A stretch of 64,000 nt of DNA from Candidatus Dadabacteria bacterium. GTDB lineage: Bacteria > Desulfobacterota_D > UBA1144 > Nemesobacterales > Nemesobacteraceae. Each line of letters begins with the position of its first letter. Within the stretch, counting starts at the first letter, position 1. The stretch covers positions 1,469,928 through 1,533,927 of the forward strand of contig OX638332.1 in the NCBI GenBank assembly GCA_951812735.1. The letters run 5' to 3'. A program made the translations under genes and the position numbers. Positions 10,097 to 18,497 of the stretch are shown piece by piece. The notes under the pieces were generated by a model, which searched no databases, was not told where the DNA came from, and saw only the letters and a list, made by a program, of their open reading frames with translations.

Positions 10097-10184
10097 TTCA
10101 CTTGTTTTGGCTAAAACACCAGTCCGCTCGAGCCGGGGAAATATCCCCGAGGCGGCGGTACCTTAGTCAGAAAATATCTTGGAA

Positions 10185-11237
10185 CTAAGACCGAACACCG
10201 TTCTGTCTGTCAATCGCACGCCTTCTGAACGATATGGTGAAAAACAGTGCGGACACTATCAATAGCAGATTAAACATGGTACCCCGAGGCGCATTGTCGC
10301 TTCCCGCCACAATTGCACAACCTCCGCCACTGACAGCTTTAGTCTCGCCGGCCGTATCACCCATGTCGTCCATGTCATCCATGTCGTCCATGTCATCCCC
10401 GTCGTCCATGTCATCCCCGTCACCAGCCATTCCGTCCCCGTCACATCCTGGCGGTGGGTTGCCCGTTTTCGGATAGATGCCGGAACCAAAGATAATACCC
10501 GGAGAAGGGGAGAGCGCCGCCGCTCCCAAGTACACAAATGGGTTTATAACGTAGCTAGTTTTCCAAGAGTCGCCAGGGGCCTTTCCAGGAATGGAATTCC
10601 CATTCGAATCGACTATTTCGTCATCCGGTACATCCGGATCATCCCAGCAATACTCAACAATGCCGTTGCTGCTGGGACTTCGTGCCTCGCCAATAATTAA
10701 CCCAGGGACATCCCGGCCGCCCTCGTCCTCGGCAACCAGCTCCACCCCCTCAATACTTTGATCAACTCCGCTAAAAAGCATCTCTCCTTGATCATCTATG
10801 ACGAAAAGATACACGGAACCCGACTTCCAATCTCCGTCTTCCCTGCCAAACACCTGATGAAAGGGGAGGTCAAAATTGCACGCTTCGTTTTCATCTATAT
10901 CCGCCCTAGTCAGTTGTACAGTAGAAAACAGCTTAATAAGTGGTTTTATCTCTTCTACCGTAAGAGTTGAAAGATCAGGAATTTGGTCTTGGAAAGGATC
11001 GAGTTTAGGAATTTTGCTAAAATCACAAGTCTCTTTTATAATCTTATTTATGTAATACTCGTCAACCGCTTCCTCTACGAATTGTTTAAGGTCCGCTTCG
11101 GTCTGTACCTCGCTTGCTGTTATGGCATGCACGGAAGCCGTAGTACCGGGAAAGACGCCCCCAAGCGCCAGCAGACATAAAAAAAGACCCGCAAGAGCCC
11201 CAGTCTTAAAGACCGTATTTCGCATCAAAATTCTCAT
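10185..11237 (-). CDS. secreted Cache-like (sCache_2-type) domain protein P1 with acidic DDM repeat and conserved C-terminal Cys-motif/TM/RRR anchor
   Basis: Signal peptide 'ALAGLFLCLLALGG'. Cache-like 'YLFVIDDQGEMLFSG' and 'VEYCWDDPDVPDD...SYVINPF...IIFGSGIYP'. C-terminus 'GGGCAIVAGS...MFNLLLIVSALFFTISFRRRA'. Confidence 0.6.
   Translation of the reverse strand: MRILMRNTVFKTGALAGLFLCLLALGGVFPGTTASVHAITASEVQTEADLKQFVEEAVDEYYINKIIKETCDFSKIPKLDPFQDQIPDLSTLTVEEIKPLIKLFSTVQLTRADIDENEACNFDLPFHQVFGREDGDWKSGSVYLFVIDDQGEMLFSGVDQSIEGVELVAEDEGGRDVPGLIIGEARSPSSNGIVEYCWDDPDVPDDEIVDSNGNSIPGKAPGDSWKTSYVINPFVYLGAAALSPSPGIIFGSGIYPKTGNPPPGCDGDGMAGDGDDMDDGDDMDDMDDMDDMGDTAGETKAVSGGGCAIVAGSDNAPRGTMFNLLLIVSALFFTISFRRRAIDRQNGVRS
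10362..10424. repeat. tandem 9-bp repeat (catgtc[ag]tc, about 7 units) inside P1, encoding D-D-M/G-D units
   Basis: Directly visible 'ccatgtcgtccatgtcatccatgtcgtccatgtcatccccgtcgtccatgtcatcc'. The protein reads 'DGDDMDDGDDMDDMDDMDDMGD'. Confidence 0.7.
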
Positions 11238-11519
11238 TATATCCTCCTTATTGATTCAACAAGATTAAACCCCAAAAACCCGACCTCTCGCCGGGTCATC
11301 GATCGGATTTATCATTCTTGTCTGTTCCGATAAAAATGAACACCGATTCCGGTGCTGGCCGGAACATACATTCCTATAATTAAAACAAAAAAATAAAAAG
11401 ACTGTCAAGCACTTTCAGGGGAAAATCGCGTATAAATCCCTTTGCGCCATGTCTATCATAATTTTGTCCGCAAGTTTCTCTGTAAAAAAGCTTCACAACT
11501 GTGGAGTCGAGGAGGCGGG

Positions 11520-12311
11520 CTACTTTCTGTAGGGCGAGAAATCAGGCGGTCTTTTCTCCACAAACGCATCGGTCCCCTCGGCGGCTTCGTCCGTGGTCTT
11601 GAAAAGATCGAGCGATGCCTTTCCCATGCTTGAGATTCCGAAAAGACCGTCGGTTTCGGAGTTAAAGGAGTATTTGGCAAGCTTAAGGGCGGTCGGGCTT
11701 TTCGAGAGCAGTTCCTCGCACCAGCGCTCTACTTCTGAGTCAAATTCCTCTGCGGGAACGACCCTGTTTACAAGTCCCATCTCAAGGGCTTCTTTGGCCG
11801 AGTACTGCCTGCAGAGATACCACATCTCTCTTGCTTTTCTCTCCCCGATTAGCCTTGAGAGATAAGCCGTTCCAAAACCCGGGTCAACGCTTCCGACCTT
11901 GGGTCCCACCTGCCCGAAGGTGGAATCCTCAGAGGCGATCGCAAGATCGCACATGAACTGCAGTATGTTCCCCCCGCCTATGGCGTAGCCCCTGACTGCC
12001 GCTATGACCGGCTTCGGTATGTTTCTTATAAGGTAGTGAAGATGAGAGACGTAATCCCCGACTCCGAGGAAGCCGTCCTCTCCGCCGGACCCCTTTTTTT
12101 TCTTCTTGAGGTCTCCTCCGCTGCAAAAAGCCTTCCCGCCCGCGCCCCGGAGAACCACAACGCCGACCCCGGCATCTCCCCACGCGTCGGTAAAGGCCGT
12201 GATCATCTCGCGGAGCGTCACGTCCCGAAAGGCGTTGCGCGTTTTGGGGCGGTTTATGGTTATAAAGGCCACCCCGCCCGTTTTTTCGTAGATTATGTCC
12301 TTGAAGTTCAT
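11520..12311 (-). CDS. menB: 1,4-dihydroxy-2-naphthoyl-CoA synthase-like crotonase (MenB family)
   Basis: 'FCSGGD...IRNIPKPVIAAVRGYAIGGGNILQFMCDLAIA' closely follows the MenB core. It contains an in-frame K5 run encoded by an A9 homopolymer. Confidence 0.7.
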   Translation of the reverse strand: MNFKDIIYEKTGGVAFITINRPKTRNAFRDVTLREMITAFTDAWGDAGVGVVVLRGAGGKAFCSGGDLKKKKKGSGGEDGFLGVGDYVSHLHYLIRNIPKPVIAAVRGYAIGGGNILQFMCDLAIASEDSTFGQVGPKVGSVDPGFGTAYLSRLIGERKAREMWYLCRQYSAKEALEMGLVNRVVPAEEFDSEVERWCEELLSKSPTALKLAKYSFNSETDGLFGISSMGKASLDLFKTTDEAAEGTDAFVEKRPPDFSPYRK

Positions 12312-12314
12312 CGG

Positions 12315-13790
12315 CTACCCTTGGTACCACTTCCCGGTGCTTTCCCCGGTAAAGATGTTAACGCACTTGGTCTCAAGGTAGTTGTCTATTCCTTCGGCTC
12401 CGAGTTCCTTTCCGATTCCGCTCTGTTTAAAGCCCCCGTATGGGGTTTCGGGGATTATCCCCCCGTAGGTGTTAACCCAGAGATATCCGGCCTCAACGGC
12501 CTTTGCGACTCGGAGTGCCCGGTTTATGTCCTGTGTCCAGATTCCTCCGGCAAGTCCGTACTCAACGTCGTTTGCCATCGTGATTGCCTCTTCCTCGGTC
12601 TTAAACGGCATGACGCAGACCACCGGTCCGAAAACCTCCTCGCGCGCGAGGGTAGAGCCGGGAGGGACGTCCTCCAAAACTGTGGGCGCTATGTAGTAGC
12701 CCTTCTCGAATCCCTCGGGGCGGTCTCCGCCCGCGATCACTCGCGCTCCTTCTGAGACGCCTTTTTCTATGTAGTTCATTACGCTCTCGTAGTGCTCTTT
12801 TGAGATCACGGTCCCGAATTCGGTTTCGGGGTCTTCGGGGTCCCCGATTCTTATCCTCGAGATCCTGTCTAGGTAAGCCGATAAAAACTCGTCGTATATC
12901 TCTTCGTGGAGCATGAGCCTGGTCACGGCGGTGCAGTTCTCCCCCTGATTAAAGAAACCTCCACGAAGACATGCCTCGACGGCTCCCTCGACGTTTGCGT
13001 CGGGAAAAATCATGCAAGGGGCCTTGCCGCCTAGCTCAAGCGATACCCTTTTTATCTCTCCCGCCGCCGTCCTCATGACGTTTTTTCCGACTTCCGTGGA
13101 ACCAGTAAACGCTATCTTGGCCACATCGGGGTGTTCTGTGAGCGCCTGACCGGCTACTGATCCTTCGCCGGGCACGACGTTGAGCACCCCGTCTGGAAGT
13201 CCTGCCTCTGAGCAGAGTTTCGCCACCTCGAAGATCCCGCATGAGGTAAGTTCAGCGGGTTTTATGACCACGGTGCATCCGGCAACGAGTGCGGGGGCTA
13301 TTTTCCAGAAGGAAAGAAGAAGGGGGAAATTCCACGGGATTATGTGGGCCGCTACGCCCACGGGTTCTTTTATGGTCAGGGATATCTGGTTTTCGTTTAC
13401 CTGCAGGGTTTCTCCGTTAAGACGGGTGTGAGCTCCTGAGTAATACTCAAGCGTTCTCACGGAACCGCCTATCTCAACCTCAGCGCTCTCGCGTATGGGC
13501 TTTCCCGTCTCGCGGGTGTTTACAAGGGCAATCTTATCTCTGTTGTCAGATAGTACCTGGGCGATCCGAAGAAGGTACTTGGCGCGCTCGGATGCAGGGA
13601 GACGAGACCACCCGGGAAAAGCGCGCTCGGCGGCCCGAACTGCTGCGTCGATGTCTTCTGACCCTCCCTGGGCGACCTCCGCCAGGGGTTTTTCCGTTGC
13701 GGGGTTTTCCCTTACGGAGTAAGCGCCGCTTTGCGGCTCCCTTTCCCCGCCGTCAATGAAAAGATCGCACTTTATTTCCGTACTGGCCAT
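12315..13790 (-). CDS. NAD(P)-dependent aldehyde dehydrogenase
   Basis: ALDH signatures 'FTGSTEVGKNVM', 'ELGGKAPCMIF' and the catalytic Cys context 'FFNQGENCTAVTRL'. Confidence 0.85.
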   Translation of the reverse strand: MASTEIKCDLFIDGGEREPQSGAYSVRENPATEKPLAEVAQGGSEDIDAAVRAAERAFPGWSRLPASERAKYLLRIAQVLSDNRDKIALVNTRETGKPIRESAEVEIGGSVRTLEYYSGAHTRLNGETLQVNENQISLTIKEPVGVAAHIIPWNFPLLLSFWKIAPALVAGCTVVIKPAELTSCGIFEVAKLCSEAGLPDGVLNVVPGEGSVAGQALTEHPDVAKIAFTGSTEVGKNVMRTAAGEIKRVSLELGGKAPCMIFPDANVEGAVEACLRGGFFNQGENCTAVTRLMLHEEIYDEFLSAYLDRISRIRIGDPEDPETEFGTVISKEHYESVMNYIEKGVSEGARVIAGGDRPEGFEKGYYIAPTVLEDVPPGSTLAREEVFGPVVCVMPFKTEEEAITMANDVEYGLAGGIWTQDINRALRVAKAVEAGYLWVNTYGGIIPETPYGGFKQSGIGKELGAEGIDNYLETKCVNIFTGESTGKWYQG

Positions 13791-13895
13791 AACTTGAAAA
13801 TTATAACAGACAGTTCCTTATACGTATCCGCCTAGGCACAACTCGGCATTTTGCTGCCTTGTTTCGGAGTCAGTAATAAGGTGCGTTCAAATGCC

Positions 13896-13929
13896 GAGAA
13901 AAACAAGGGCAGTTTCAAGACTGCCCTTG
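13896..13929 (-). terminator. rho-independent terminator of paralog P2
   Basis: 9-bp stem 'caagggcag/ctgcccttg'. The minus-strand transcript ends with a UUUUUCUC tract. Confidence 0.6.
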
Positions 13930-13986
13930 TTAGATCAACTGTTACCGCCAGTTTCAGAAAACTGCCGATATTGCAAGAAAGTCTCT

Positions 13987-15348
13987 CTACGCACGTCTTC
14001 TCAGGAAAACGACCGAGAGTAGGACGGACGCTACCAGAAACAGGTTAAGCAATGCGCCTTGAGACGTATTGCTGGCTCCGGCGATGGTGCACGCTCCGTC
14101 GTTGCCGTCTGCCGGCGTGCTTTCAGGATAAACCCCGGAACCGAAAATGAAGAGCCATTCACCGGGGTGTGGCACAATCTGCGCGTTTAAGTCCGCTACC
14201 TCGATGTAGCTTGTCTTGGGTGACATGCCGGGAACCATCCTATCTTCGAACCACATTGCAGTTGGTGTATCTCCCGGTTTTAACCAGTGATATTCGACTG
14301 TGGCGGAAGCTCCGACTTCTACGGCCCCTAATTTTTCGTGAAACAGTCTCGCTATGTTCCGTTCACCTTCCAACAGATTATCATTCAAGTCAAGGTTATA
14401 GCCATTTAGGTCAAAGCTGGCTCCGTTCACAAGCACTGTGGACTGTGCTGGGTCTGCGTCCATTACGAAAGCATATATGCTTCCATACTTGAAATCCTCG
14501 CTTCCGAAACAAAAAAGCCGCTCTTGAATTCTTAAGGTTATGGGGCCCTGAACAAGGGCTGCCAGCGTCTGCCTGTCGTCTAAATTACTAATTGGGTCTA
14601 GAGATGGATTTGCGGCTAGCGCTTTGACAGCTTCTTCCTGTGATATCTTTGCTACGTCTTTTTGAACCGCGTCTATAACACTTTGTACGTAAGCTTGAAG
14701 CTTCGTGTGGTCCTCCTCAACTTGCGCAGCGGTAGTGGCAAGCTCGAGACCTTCACAGCCAGGAGGAACAAAGGCGGAGTCGTCTACCGCATGACGAAGA
14801 CCTACTATGTTTGTTACAGGGCTACCAGCAACGGTTTCCTCCACTTTGGCTGCACAGGCCACCCTTTCATTGTTCGGGCCGTAATCCACGCACACCGGAG
14901 GAGCCCCAATCGCAAGATCTTCATGGTCGAGTAAAGCTTTTAAAGTAGCTGCAACCGCCGAATCCATGGCATCCGGATTAAACCTGTATCCTATTCTTAC
15001 GGGATATCCCGCGTGATTCGTTACAATATTCCTGTCCGTTATGCCTATTGCGTAGATATCACCGTGCTTATAGTCTCCGCCATCTTGCCTGATGTTTCTG
15101 GCGAATATTGTCAGTTCTCTGATCAGCGCGGCGCGGTCATCCATGTTGTCGGTTCTAACATGTTCATAGTAATCCACAATACGATTAACAAAATCCGTCA
15201 TCTTCTGTTCATTCCCAGGATCGTCCGCTACATCTTGCGCGGTTATCGTACTGTCTCCGTGAGTGCCGGACGCATCAATGGCGAATGAAAAAACAAGCCC
15301 CAGCGCGAAAAACAGGCTCAACAGTATTCCGTGTGTTTTGAATTTCAT
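13987..15348 (-). CDS. secreted tandem Cache-like domain protein P2 with C-terminal Cys-motif/TM/RRR anchor
   Basis: Signal peptide 'ILLSLFFALGLVFSFAIDA'. 'IYAFVMDADPAQSTVLVNGASFDLNGYNLD' and 'VEYHWLKPGD...KTSYIEVADL...LFIFGSGVYPE' match the sCache_2 pattern. C-terminus 'GNDGACTIAGAS...LLNLFLVASVLLSVVFLRRRA'. Confidence 0.6.
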   Translation of the reverse strand: MKFKTHGILLSLFFALGLVFSFAIDASGTHGDSTITAQDVADDPGNEQKMTDFVNRIVDYYEHVRTDNMDDRAALIRELTIFARNIRQDGGDYKHGDIYAIGITDRNIVTNHAGYPVRIGYRFNPDAMDSAVAATLKALLDHEDLAIGAPPVCVDYGPNNERVACAAKVEETVAGSPVTNIVGLRHAVDDSAFVPPGCEGLELATTAAQVEEDHTKLQAYVQSVIDAVQKDVAKISQEEAVKALAANPSLDPISNLDDRQTLAALVQGPITLRIQERLFCFGSEDFKYGSIYAFVMDADPAQSTVLVNGASFDLNGYNLDLNDNLLEGERNIARLFHEKLGAVEVGASATVEYHWLKPGDTPTAMWFEDRMVPGMSPKTSYIEVADLNAQIVPHPGEWLFIFGSGVYPESTPADGNDGACTIAGASNTSQGALLNLFLVASVLLSVVFLRRRA

Positions 15349-15939
15349 TCTGATTACTCCTCACTGTGATTTTTGTTGTACCAATATTATAGTGCAAAAT
15401 TAATACTTTTCCGCATTAAATCATAATTCAAGGTAGTTATCCCTATAACTAGTCACTTGCTCCATCATATTATTAAGGAATTATTCTTTTAGGTTGACAG
15501 ATTACCGATTGAGCATCGCAGGCTGTGAAAGCTCCATACATCCTAGGGAGGATTGTATTCTATTGCTTAACTGCTTGTCAAGTAAAGGTTAAGTTGTTTC
15601 AGGGCAATACGGAACATCCAATCCTAGCAAGTCCTCCTCTCCATTCGGGTGAATGGAACTCTCAAACTTCCCCAACATGAATTCAGCCGATGAATTGCCC
15701 GCTTCCACGGGAAGCAAAGATGTCGCTGGGACGGGATGGCTCTGGGAATTTAAAGCACTACACTGCGGGTTCAAGGAGGCGATACGGGGTTTGTAGGGCT
15801 TGTAAACTTAAATCTGTACCCCTTCCTCAATCATTAGATCCAAAAACACTTGAATATTATACAAAAAACACTAGGGAGAGTGCCGTCCTCCAGCAACCTC
15901 CCTCCCTCATCTTACTTCTGGCTGGTTATAGGGGCAGTT

Positions 15940-16095
15940 ACCAAAAAAATCTATGTGGTAAATCCCTCAGGATTCTTGGAAGAGTGTCAGGATTTTTACT
16001 GCGGGCGGGTCCTGCCTCTCGTGTTTGATTTCCGGAGTCAACAAGAGGGTCGCGCTTTGCTGTTTTCCAGATCAGGCAGACAGCGCTTTTGTTGA
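15940..16095 (+). pseudogene. remnant of nucleoside 2-deoxyribosyltransferase-like gene (N-terminal fragment only; ATG replaced by ACC)
   Basis: 'KKIYVVNPSGFLEECQDFYCGRVLPLV' is paralogous to the N-terminus of the 17814..18275 gene. The reading frame terminates after about 50 aa and the remaining space is too short for a full gene. Confidence 0.35.
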
Positions 16096-16143
16096 TTCTT
16101 TTACTTTCTTGCTTTGAAGAGGATTAAGGTGTTTCGTAATGTC

Positions 16144-16204
16144 GAAAAAAAACTGGTTATCAAGGGCGACATCAACTCGTTTGTGAAAACCGCCCTTGAT
16201 AACC
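16144..16204 (-). terminator. rho-independent terminator of paralog P3
   Basis: 14-bp stem 'ggttatcaagggcg...cgcccttgataacc', followed on the minus strand by 'aguuuuuuuuc'. Confidence 0.6.
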
Positions 16205-16250
16205 AGCTATAAGTTCCGGAAAAAGCTTCCGGAAAAATTTTTGTTCCCAC

Positions 16251-17657
16251 CTATACGCGTCTTCTCAGAAAAACAACCGAGAACAGAACGGACATTGTCA
16301 GGAACAGGTTAAGCAACGTGCTCTGAGGCATATGTCCCGTCCCCGCGATTGCGCATCCGTCACCACCATCTCCTGTTGTCATCTCCGGCATCATCTCATC
16401 CTCAGGATAAGTTCCGGAACCAAAGATGTAGAGAAAATCAGGAAACATGCTATATCTAGGGTCCAGTTTCAAGACCTCGGTTATGTTCGCAACCTCAATG
16501 TAGCTTGTCTTAGGCGAACTGCCGGGAACCGATCCCATTTCAAACCAGCCGGGAATGCCATCGTCCGGATCATCGGGGTCGTCCCAGCGGTAGCTGACGG
16601 TAGCGGATTGTCCAGCTTGATAGGTTCCACTTCCGCCTGTCAATTCGTCGCGAAACAGGCTCACTATACTATCGTCAGTCCTTCCCAATTCATCGTCATT
16701 CACTTGAAGGTCAAGGCCGTTCAGGTCGAAGTTGTTTCCGTTCATAAGTACGGTGCCGGCCATATCCGTACTCATGATGAAAGCGTATATGTTCTTATGC
16801 TTGAAGTCCCCGCTTGCAAAACAAGCGATTGTGTCGAAAACTCTTTCGAATATTTTTGTTTGAAATTCGCCTGCCGCAGCTAACCCATCTGGATCTTGCG
16901 GATTAGTAAGTAGCACAAAAGACCGAGCCAAGAGACTAGCATTATCTGGATCATTAAATGCAGCATCAGTTGAATCTACCAGTAGCTGTTGAGCAGCCCC
17001 GATAATACCTTTTACGTAATCTTTAAGCTTATCGTGGTCGTTATAAACTTGCTCAGCGGTAGTATCAAGCATGAAATTGTTGCAGGCATCGGGAAGAGCA
17101 AAAGCAGCATCGTCTTCCGCGTGATGAAGGCCTGCTATGACTGTTATAATTCCGGAAAGGCTCCTTACTTTTGTCGCGCAGGCTACATTGTCCTGACCGT
17201 CATAATTTTCTTCACAATGTGCCATGTCGACATCTGAACCGTCGATTAAAGCTTGTATGGTACTCGCAATAGGTGTCCCGGGATCCGATTTAAGCTGGTG
17301 ACCGAGTAACGATCGGGAATATATAGCGTGATTCGTTACATATCCCCTTGAGTTTAAGGCCATTGAGTACATGTTGTTTTGGGTGTTTTTATAGGGCCCT
17401 TCTTCCCTGAGCCGCCTTCCATATATTGTAATTTCCCTGTTCTGCGCATCCGGGGCGCTATCGGCAATAACCTGATCGTAGTAATCTATTATATGACCAA
17501 GAAAGGCTTCCACTTCCGCTTTACTTGTAGGGTCGACGTCTCCCGCGGCTGTGCCTGTACCGTCCCCGTGACTGGCGGACGCCTCAATGCCGAACGAAAA
17601 AACAAGCCCGAGCGCAAAAAACAGGCTCAAAACCATTCCGTATGTTCTAAGTCTCAT
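16251..17657 (-). CDS. secreted tandem Cache-like domain protein P3 with C-terminal Cys-motif/TM/RRR anchor
   Basis: Signal peptide nearly identical to P2 ('MVLSLFFALGLVFSFGIEA'). 'NIYAFIMSTDMAGTVLMNGNNFDLNGLDLQ' and 'VSYRWDDPDDPDD...KTSYIEVANI...LYIFGSGTYPE'. C-terminus 'GDGGDGCAIAGTG...LLNLFLTMSVLFSVVFLRRRV'. Confidence 0.6.
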   Translation of the reverse strand: MRLRTYGMVLSLFFALGLVFSFGIEASASHGDGTGTAAGDVDPTSKAEVEAFLGHIIDYYDQVIADSAPDAQNREITIYGRRLREEGPYKNTQNNMYSMALNSRGYVTNHAIYSRSLLGHQLKSDPGTPIASTIQALIDGSDVDMAHCEENYDGQDNVACATKVRSLSGIITVIAGLHHAEDDAAFALPDACNNFMLDTTAEQVYNDHDKLKDYVKGIIGAAQQLLVDSTDAAFNDPDNASLLARSFVLLTNPQDPDGLAAAGEFQTKIFERVFDTIACFASGDFKHKNIYAFIMSTDMAGTVLMNGNNFDLNGLDLQVNDDELGRTDDSIVSLFRDELTGGSGTYQAGQSATVSYRWDDPDDPDDGIPGWFEMGSVPGSSPKTSYIEVANITEVLKLDPRYSMFPDFLYIFGSGTYPEDEMMPEMTTGDGGDGCAIAGTGHMPQSTLLNLFLTMSVLFSVVFLRRRV

Positions 17658-17813
17658 CCTGATAATTCCTCCCGTAAAAATTTTTGTTGTATTGTAACTG
17701 CATAGTAATGTAAAATCAGTACCTCTTTGTGTTGAACCATAACTTTAAACCAAATTGCAAGAGCAAAAGCAGGTCTTGGCGCAGTATTCGCTCCGGTGCC
17801 GCTAAAGCGTAAA

Positions 17814-18275
17814 ATGAAAAAATCCATGTAGCAGGTCCGCCTGGGTTCTCGGAAGCGTGCCGGGATTTTTACTGCGGGCGGCTTCTGCCTCTTGTTAGAG
17901 AACCCGGTTTTGAGATACCAGACTCGTGGGATGCGGGCATCGAGATTCCCGTTCCCGAAGCGAAAAAAACAGTTATGGGATAGCTTCAGCATGCTCGTCG
18001 GAGAAAAAAACAGAGAGGCGATAGAATCCTCAGGCAGGATGCTCGCCGTTTTGGACGGCACTGACGTCGACAGCGGCACCGCTTCAGAGACAGGCTGCGC
18101 GTTCGCCCTCGGAAAGAAGATTCTCGGCTGCAGGGGGGATTTTCGTCTCACGGGAGATAACCCAGGCAGCACCGTTAACCTCCAGGTCAAATATTTCATA
18201 CGAAAAAGCGGCGGCGGGATAGTGCGCTCCGTTGAGGATCTGGTTGACGCGCTTTCGGATGTTTTCTCCGACTGA
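17814..18275 (+). pseudogene. nucleoside 2-deoxyribosyltransferase-like gene disrupted by two single-base indels in poly-A runs
   Basis: Three frame pieces join to 'MKKIHVAGPPGFSEACRDFYCGRLL...EAKK|QLWDSFSMLVGEKN...LAVLDGTDVDSGTASETGCAFALGKKILG...', matching the PF05014-type motif. The frame breaks lie in A6 (17817-17822) and A7 (17963-17969). Confidence 0.55.
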
Positions 18276-18497
18276 TCTGCCTATCGTCCGCGGGTGGCTT
18301 CGTTTGACAACCCCGCCCGGTTCTGTAATCTAGATTCCCCTAGACTTTAAGACTCCGAGGCAACCAAAATAGATATTCTTGACGTCGTTTCCGAAAAACT
18401 TCTGGAAAAAGAAGAAGACATAACCTTCGAGGATGCCCTCGCGCTCTCAAAACTTCCAGCCGAGCGCCTATCGGAACTTATATCGCTTGCGAGAAAG

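Noticed and set aside
10362-10424. Possible CRISPR-like array (short direct repeats)
   Set aside because: The unit is 9 bp with no spacers and lies in frame inside a CDS. It is a coding tandem repeat, not a CRISPR.
12036-12755. 239-aa plus-strand ORF
   Set aside because: Antisense to menB and the aldehyde dehydrogenase, both with strong homology.
17654-18199. 181-aa minus-strand ORF across the P3 promoter and transferase-like gene
   Set aside because: It overlaps the better-supported plus-strand transferase-like frames and has no recognisable features.
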